A stretch of 64,000 bases of DNA from Isurus oxyrinchus (Eukaryota), in NCBI GenBank assembly GCA_026770705.1, contig JANJGN010000034.1, positions 7,068,001 through 7,132,000 on the forward strand, given 5' to 3'. The position numbers were made by a program, and so were the translations under genes. The notes below the pieces were generated by a model, which did no database searches, had not been told where the DNA came from, and saw nothing but the letters and a program-made list of their open reading frames with translations. Of this stretch, positions 62,101-64,000 are shown one piece after another. Position 1 is the stretch's first letter. Each line of letters opens with the position of its first letter.

Positions 62101-63074
62101 TCTGAATACAAGCTACCTGGAAAAGTAGGAATGAAATAACGTATGGCCTAAGTTGCTCTGTTGGAGGGTAGGGTTAGGCATGTGACACTTGATTGGAAGG
62201 ACAGATATTTTCCGCTAATTTATGTGGGTCGGACTACCCTCTTGGTACCGAATTCATTAGATTTAAATCTTTTTATTAAAGGAACTCACTACAAATTGGT
62301 GTGGGAAAATGACAGAACGCCCTCTATAGTTGATCGGTGACGTGCCTAACCAGGGAGAAGCACTCTATATCTATGTAAAAAATGTAATTGAATAATCATT
62401 AACAGGATGAACTTGGCAAAGTCCCGCAGAAAAGGAAAATCTGCAAAAGCATTTGATTTCATGGCTGTGCAGTTTAATTTGCTAACAGAAGCACGGTGCG
62501 TGTTACTAATTGAGTCTTACAGCATCGTTAAAGATGGAATTATGCAATGTCTTATTTTTCAAGCATGTAAAATATACTAAAGCATGCCATGCAACTATTG
62601 GAGGACCATCTCGGGGACATTCAATGTGATGTCTCTGTATGTTACTGCCCAGTCTGTACTCAAGTAAGGTGACCGATGCCAGCCTCGTGCTCATTGCTAT
62701 TGCAACCCTAGCACTCTGCTCCTCGTTGAAATGGCGGCCCAAATTAGACCTCGTATTTTTATGAACATGATACAAGGATCAGCTGAGGTAAATATTCTGC
62801 CATTATTTATGGGTAGGTTAATTCGGCACTTCAGGAGGAAATGAGCGGGATTACATATTGTAATATGAAATGCAGGATGTCAAAGTAAAGAGCGCGTGGA
62901 AGGACATAATCCACTTTGTCGAATACCTTGACCAGTACTCTAAATTCTGTATTGTAATTCGGGAGGATGGGGGGAGGGAGATGGGGAAACGTGCTGAAAT
63001 TGAAATAATGATGAAACTCTCAAATCTTACTGTTCTAGAGATTCTAACGTGCCAAGAGTCTTTAAAGGATTCAG
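1280..63074 (+). CDS. Internal part of a large micro-exon gene encoding a long Cys-periodic heptad coiled coil (42 exons, ~414 aa in window; 5' and 3' ends outside window)
   Basis: 42 AG..GT-bounded segments of 15/27/36 nt, all phase 1-1, joining into one stop-free frame: ENVKK ELGICQDTIKDL DKLRK [ELSDCQQAVKDL EEKLTAKEK EILTC(K/Q)ESLKDS ETKLEGQEK]x3 ELNDCQDILKNF ENVKK ... Exons lack indels and show many synonymous changes while flanks diverge. Confidence 0.85.
1908..1943 (+). CDS. Micro-exon R1 (36 nt), ELGICQDTIKDL
   Basis: ttctctctgcattccag|...TTTAG|gtgagc. Confidence 0.85.
2906..2920 (+). CDS. Micro-exon S1 (15 nt), DKLRK
   Basis: tttgtttcacag|ATAAATTAAGAAAAG|gtaaga. Confidence 0.8.
3030..4435 (+). 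mobile_element. Decayed RTE-clade LINE 3' portion (long form also ~24560-25960, ~55270-56680; 5'-truncated form ~9598, 15282, 33770, 39465, 59130)
   Basis: Degenerate peptides AFGHLRK..PTLLYG, HIVRLSGIRLTKQILFS..RTRGGQR..DVLK resemble RTE RT C-terminus; 5' boundary approximate. Confidence 0.7.
5060..5560 (-). mobile_element. Decayed CR1-like LINE 3' fragment present in each ABCD unit just upstream of exon A
   Basis: Reverse complement resembles CR1 ..LVRPQLEYCVQFW.P..RKD..LERVQRR region; many stops. Confidence 0.6.
5726..5761 (+). CDS. Micro-exon A1 (36 nt), ELSDCQQAVKGL
   Basis: attacag|AGCTAAGC...GGCCTAG|gtgagc. Confidence 0.85.
6180..6206 (+). CDS. Micro-exon B1 (27 nt), EQKLTAKEK
   Basis: cccgaacag|...GAAAAAG|gtacct (weak but conserved donor). 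Confidence 0.75.
7861..7896 (+). CDS. Micro-exon C1 (36 nt), EILTCKESLKDS
   Basis: ctcattattccag|AGATTCT...GATTCAG|gtggga. Confidence 0.85.
8904..8930 (+). CDS. Micro-exon D1 (27 nt), ETKLEGQEK
   Basis: cttgccttgacag|AAACAAAG...GAAAAAG|gtaggc. Confidence 0.85.
11410..11445 (+). CDS. Micro-exon A2 (36 nt), ELSDCQQAVKDL
   Basis: tacag|...|gtgagc; paralog of A1. Confidence 0.85.
11878..11904 (+). CDS. Micro-exon B2 (27 nt), EEKLTAKEK
   Basis: gaacag|...|gtacct. Confidence 0.75.
13543..13578 (+). CDS. Micro-exon C2 (36 nt), EILTCKESLKDS
   Basis: ttccag|...|gtggga. Confidence 0.85.
14588..14614 (+). CDS. Micro-exon D2 (27 nt), ETKLEGQEK
   Basis: ttgacag|...|gtaggc. Confidence 0.85.
16957..16992 (+). 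CDS. Micro-exon A3 (36 nt), ELSDCQQAVKDL
   Basis: ttacag|...|gtgagc. Confidence 0.85.
17425..17451 (+). CDS. Micro-exon B3 (27 nt), EEKLTAKEK
   Basis: gaacag|...|gtacct; synonymous GAA>GAG vs B2. Confidence 0.75.
19120..19155 (+). CDS. Micro-exon C3 (36 nt), EILTCQESLKDS
   Basis: ctgttctag|...|gtgaga. Confidence 0.85.
20135..20161 (+). CDS. Micro-exon D3 (27 nt), ETKLEGQEK
   Basis: ttgacag|...|gtaggc; synonymous GGC>GGA. Confidence 0.85.
20496..20531 (+). CDS. Micro-exon P1 (36 nt), ELNDCQDILKNF
   Basis: tttcttttctattgacttcccag|...TTTCG|gtgaat. Confidence 0.85.
20930..22140 (+). mobile_element. Decayed CR1-like LINE RT fragment (also 1-600 and ~51630-52860)
   Basis: Degenerate CR1 RT landmarks (KMLESIIK, RKSCL.N, KVP, WL.NRKQR, VRPHLEYC). 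Confidence 0.65.
22820..22834 (+). CDS. Micro-exon Q2 (15 nt), ENVKK
   Basis: ttcacag|AAAATGTAAAGAAGG|gtaagt. Confidence 0.8.
23433..23468 (+). CDS. Micro-exon R2 (36 nt), ELGTCQDTTKYL
   Basis: tttctgcattccag|...|gtgagc. Confidence 0.85.
24434..24448 (+). CDS. Micro-exon S2 (15 nt), DKLRK
   Basis: tttcacag|ATAAATTAAGAAAAG|gtaagt. Confidence 0.8.
27251..27286 (+). CDS. Micro-exon A4 (36 nt), ELSDCQQAVKDL
   Basis: ttacag|...GACCTTG|gtgagc. Confidence 0.85.
27708..27734 (+). CDS. Micro-exon B4 (27 nt), EDKLTAKER
   Basis: gaacag|...|gtacct; conservative E>D, K>R. Confidence 0.75.
27787..29025 (-). mobile_element. Inverted Penelope 3' arm (linker + GIY-YIG + pLTR/3' end)
   Basis: 28168-29025 is the reverse complement of ~29593-30451; ORFs 28349-28648 and 28645-29034 match the + strand protein. 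Confidence 0.92.
27885..27923 (-). ncRNA. Minimal type-I hammerhead ribozyme motif of the Penelope pLTR
   Basis: Minus strand AGUU-CUGUUGA-A-GGGUC(AUGAG)GACUC-GAAACGUC-AACU: stem I AGUU/AACU, stem II GGGUC/GACUC, palindromic ACGU stem III; core CUGUUGA deviates from CUGANGA. Confidence 0.7.
29027..30301 (+). pseudogene. 5'-truncated, frameshifted Penelope-like RT + GIY-YIG endonuclease ORF
   Basis: QIKGVAMGTRMGPSYA and LRYIDD (RT), LPFLD..YYKPT..YL..SSHP (thumb), NLVYCIRCSQCGLLYIGET..R..EH and GLN (GIY-YIG); frameshifts near 29358 and 29795. Confidence 0.93.
32025..32060 (+). CDS. Micro-exon C4 (36 nt), EILTCQESLKDS
   Basis: ttattctag|...|gtggga; synonymous ACG>ACA. Confidence 0.85.
33074..33100 (+). 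CDS. Micro-exon D4 (27 nt), ETKLEGQEK
   Basis: tgacag|...|gtaggc. Confidence 0.85.
35604..35639 (+). CDS. Micro-exon A5 (36 nt), ELSDCQQAVKDL
   Basis: ttacag|...GACCTCG|gtaagc. Confidence 0.85.
36073..36099 (+). CDS. Micro-exon B5 (27 nt), EEKLTAKEK
   Basis: gaacag|...|gtacct. Confidence 0.75.
37730..37765 (+). CDS. Micro-exon C5 (36 nt), EILTCQKSLKDS
   Basis: ctattctag|...|gtggga. Confidence 0.85.
38776..38802 (+). CDS. Micro-exon D5 (27 nt), ETKLEGKEK
   Basis: tttgacag|...|gtaggc. Confidence 0.85.
41254..41289 (+). CDS. Micro-exon A6 (36 nt), ELSDCQQAVKDL
   Basis: ttacag|...|gtgagc. Confidence 0.85.
41715..41741 (+). CDS. Micro-exon B6 (27 nt), EDKQTGKEK
   Basis: gaacag|...|gtacct; core Leu>Gln variant. 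Confidence 0.7.
43339..43374 (+). CDS. Micro-exon C6 (36 nt), EILTCQESLKDS
   Basis: tattctag|...|gtggga. Confidence 0.85.
44389..44415 (+). CDS. Micro-exon D6 (27 nt), ETKLEDKEK
   Basis: cttgacag|...|gtaggc. Confidence 0.85.
45608..45634 (+). CDS. Single-copy micro-exon U (27 nt), ELNDIQQRC
   Basis: ttctctttctaccttag|AATTGAATGATATTCAGCAAAGGTGCA|gtgagt; strong sites; EL-x-D start resembles A/P exons. Confidence 0.75.
45905..46150 (+). mobile_element. Decayed tRNA-derived SINE, DeuSINE/SacSINE1-like
   Basis: B-box-like ggttgtgagttcaagtcc followed by gctgacac..cagtgcag..gtctgccctc..atgccac..gaagggaagtt.tcc..tgtgctgg, recalled similarity to shark Deu-domain SINEs. Confidence 0.55.
47064..47165. 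repeat. (CT)n microsatellite
   Basis: Direct observation. Confidence 0.95.
47201..47429. other. Assembly gap (229 N)
   Basis: Run of N. Confidence 1.
48749..48775 (+). CDS. Single-copy micro-exon V (27 nt), (K/E)ETYKAKEQ
   Basis: tttcactttcctctttaacag|AAGAAACATATAAAGCAAAAGAGCAAG|gtgaac; resembles B (EEKLTAKEK). Confidence 0.75.
49240..50930 (-). mobile_element. Decayed L2-like LINE RT fragment
   Basis: Minus strand ~49930-49965 reads FHMHADDTHI*L, matching the L2 FHxYADDTQLY motif; boundaries approximate. Confidence 0.6.
51199..51234 (+). CDS. Micro-exon P2 (36 nt), ELKDCQDILKNF
   Basis: ttttgcag|...|gtgaat; synonymous TGT>TGC and TTC>TTT vs P1. Confidence 0.85.
53525..53539 (+). CDS. Micro-exon Q3 (15 nt), ENVKK
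   Basis: ttcacag|AAAATGTAAAGAAGG|gtaagt. Confidence 0.8.
54148..54183 (+). CDS. Micro-exon R3 (36 nt), ELGSCQDTIKAL
   Basis: ctctctgccttccag|...|gtgagc. Confidence 0.85.
55147..55161 (+). CDS. Micro-exon S3 (15 nt), DKLKK
   Basis: tttcacag|ATAAATTAAAAAAAG|gtaagt; R>K. Confidence 0.8.
57403..57438 (+). CDS. Micro-exon C7 (36 nt), EILTCQESLKDA
   Basis: aatctag|...GATGCAG|gtggga. Confidence 0.8.
58436..58462 (+). CDS. Micro-exon D7 (27 nt), EAKLEDKEK
   Basis: cttgacag|...|gtaggc. Confidence 0.85.
60959..60994 (+). CDS. Micro-exon A7 (36 nt), ELSDCQQAVKDL
   Basis: ttacag|...|gtaaga; synonymous AGC>AGT. Confidence 0.85.
61416..61442 (+). CDS. Micro-exon B7 (27 nt), EEKLTAKEK
   Basis: gaacag|...|gtacct. 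Confidence 0.75.
63039..63074 (+). CDS. Micro-exon C8 (36 nt), EILTCQESLKDS
   Basis: tgttctag|...|gtggga. Confidence 0.85.
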
Positions 63075-64000
63075 GTGGGAAATATATTTGTTATTTGTAA
63101 AGATATTCGCTGCACAAAATATTCCTGCAATTGCTACCGCACATGTAGAATACAGAAATGCTGATCAGTAATTTAATTGTACAGATGTAAACTTTGCCTG
63201 CATCATATAATTACCCAGTATAGAAAGAGGCCAACGCTTCACCTTACCTACTACTGCTATATGAAAGAGTTTTATTTCTCTCCATGTTTCTCTCTCTCTC
63301 TGATTAGCTACATTCCAGAAATCTTTTCACAAAACCTTCCAAACGCTTATTCTGCACAATAAGTTGTTGCTCCCTGCCCACCCCATCTGCCCCACCCTAT
63401 GATCTGTCTGTGAATAACCATGAATTTGTGTTTCTTTATTGCTGGTCGACCTGGATGCGAACCTTTTATTTGTTATTTAATTTCTTCAGAATGATGGTCC
63501 CATCATATTAGGCGACATTATCATAGAGTCCATTAACATTTTTGCGGTGATCAGAAAAATCTCAGCTCCCCTCCGCAGTTCTTATAACTGACGCCCCTCG
63601 TACTTTGGACTAAATCTTCCCTGAGCTCCCTGCACGATTTGCAAAGCTTTGCAAAGCGTGGTGCGTCGAATTTGAATATGATATCCTAAAGTGGCGCATA
63701 TTAAACAACAAACGTTGAGATGCTGCACTGTGTGTCGATGTACTGGTTAGATACATATCTTCAACAGTGAGTTCTCCATCAAATATAGATCCCGACTAAT
63801 GCGTGACACTGTTTGCTGAGCTGGTTGTCTGGCTGGGCGTGGAATGGACGCCGTTGTGATAGGGTCAGTTTCACGATACAGTCCAGGATCACTACTTACC
63901 TCAATATGTAGCATCATCTACATTATTGATTGTTGTGGACGTATGCATGCAGCAGCATGCATGACATAGCAGCATGTTAAAAATGTCAGTCCACTTGCAA

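Larger units (their letters stand above)
56170..64000. repeat. Two further ABCD units (first lacks A and B through a ~2.8 kb deletion; second runs off the window)
   Basis: Colinear with other units; deletion junction at ~57137. Confidence 0.9.

Noticed and set aside
1280-63074. Assigning a gene symbol (BTN/BG, CD23/FCER2, CD209, TRIM, myosin/tropomyosin)
   Set aside because: Only the repeat rod is in the window; no diagnostic domain is visible and I do not recognise the peptide.
1-64000. CRISPR array, rDNA, tRNA/snRNA or histone tandem cluster as explanation for the repeats
   Set aside because: No repeat-spacer structure, no recognisable RNA gene or histone ORF; the conserved islands have splice signals and codon-type substitution patterns.
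1-64000. Ig/TCR V-D-J segment cluster
   Set aside because: No V-domain ORFs seen and no consistent CACAGTG/ACAAAAACC recombination signals flanking the conserved islands.

Overview
Eukaryotic (vertebrate, most likely cartilaginous fish judging by the Penelope/CR1/RTE/DeuSINE-like repeats) genomic DNA with no long host ORF. It is a hierarchical tandem array: a ~5.5-5.7 kb unit repeated 8 times (some copies truncated or deleted) inside a larger super-unit (period ~21.5 kb and ~30.7 kb). On the + strand the repeats carry 42 candidate micro-exons (20 x 36 nt, 16 x 27 nt, 6 x 15 nt). All are AG/GT-bounded, multiples of 3 and phase 1-1, and they splice into one stop-free 1242-nt frame (~414 aa). 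The product is a heptad coiled coil built from 21-aa repeats (ELSDCQQAVKDL-EEKLTAKEK / EILTCQESLKDS-ETKLEGQEK) with a Cys in every 36-nt exon. No start, stop, TM or globular domain lies in the window, so the gene is unidentified. A butyrophilin/BG-like tail or a C-type-lectin/CD23-like stalk are hypotheses only. One intron holds a young Penelope-like retroelement (RT + GIY-YIG) with a ~860-bp inverted arm, a 14-bp target-site duplication and a minimal hammerhead ribozyme. The remaining intron sequence is largely decayed LINE/SINE fossils. There is an assembly gap at 47201-47429. Nearly all ORFs in the supplied track are spurious or TE-derived. All exon calls were made by eye and need RNA confirmation.
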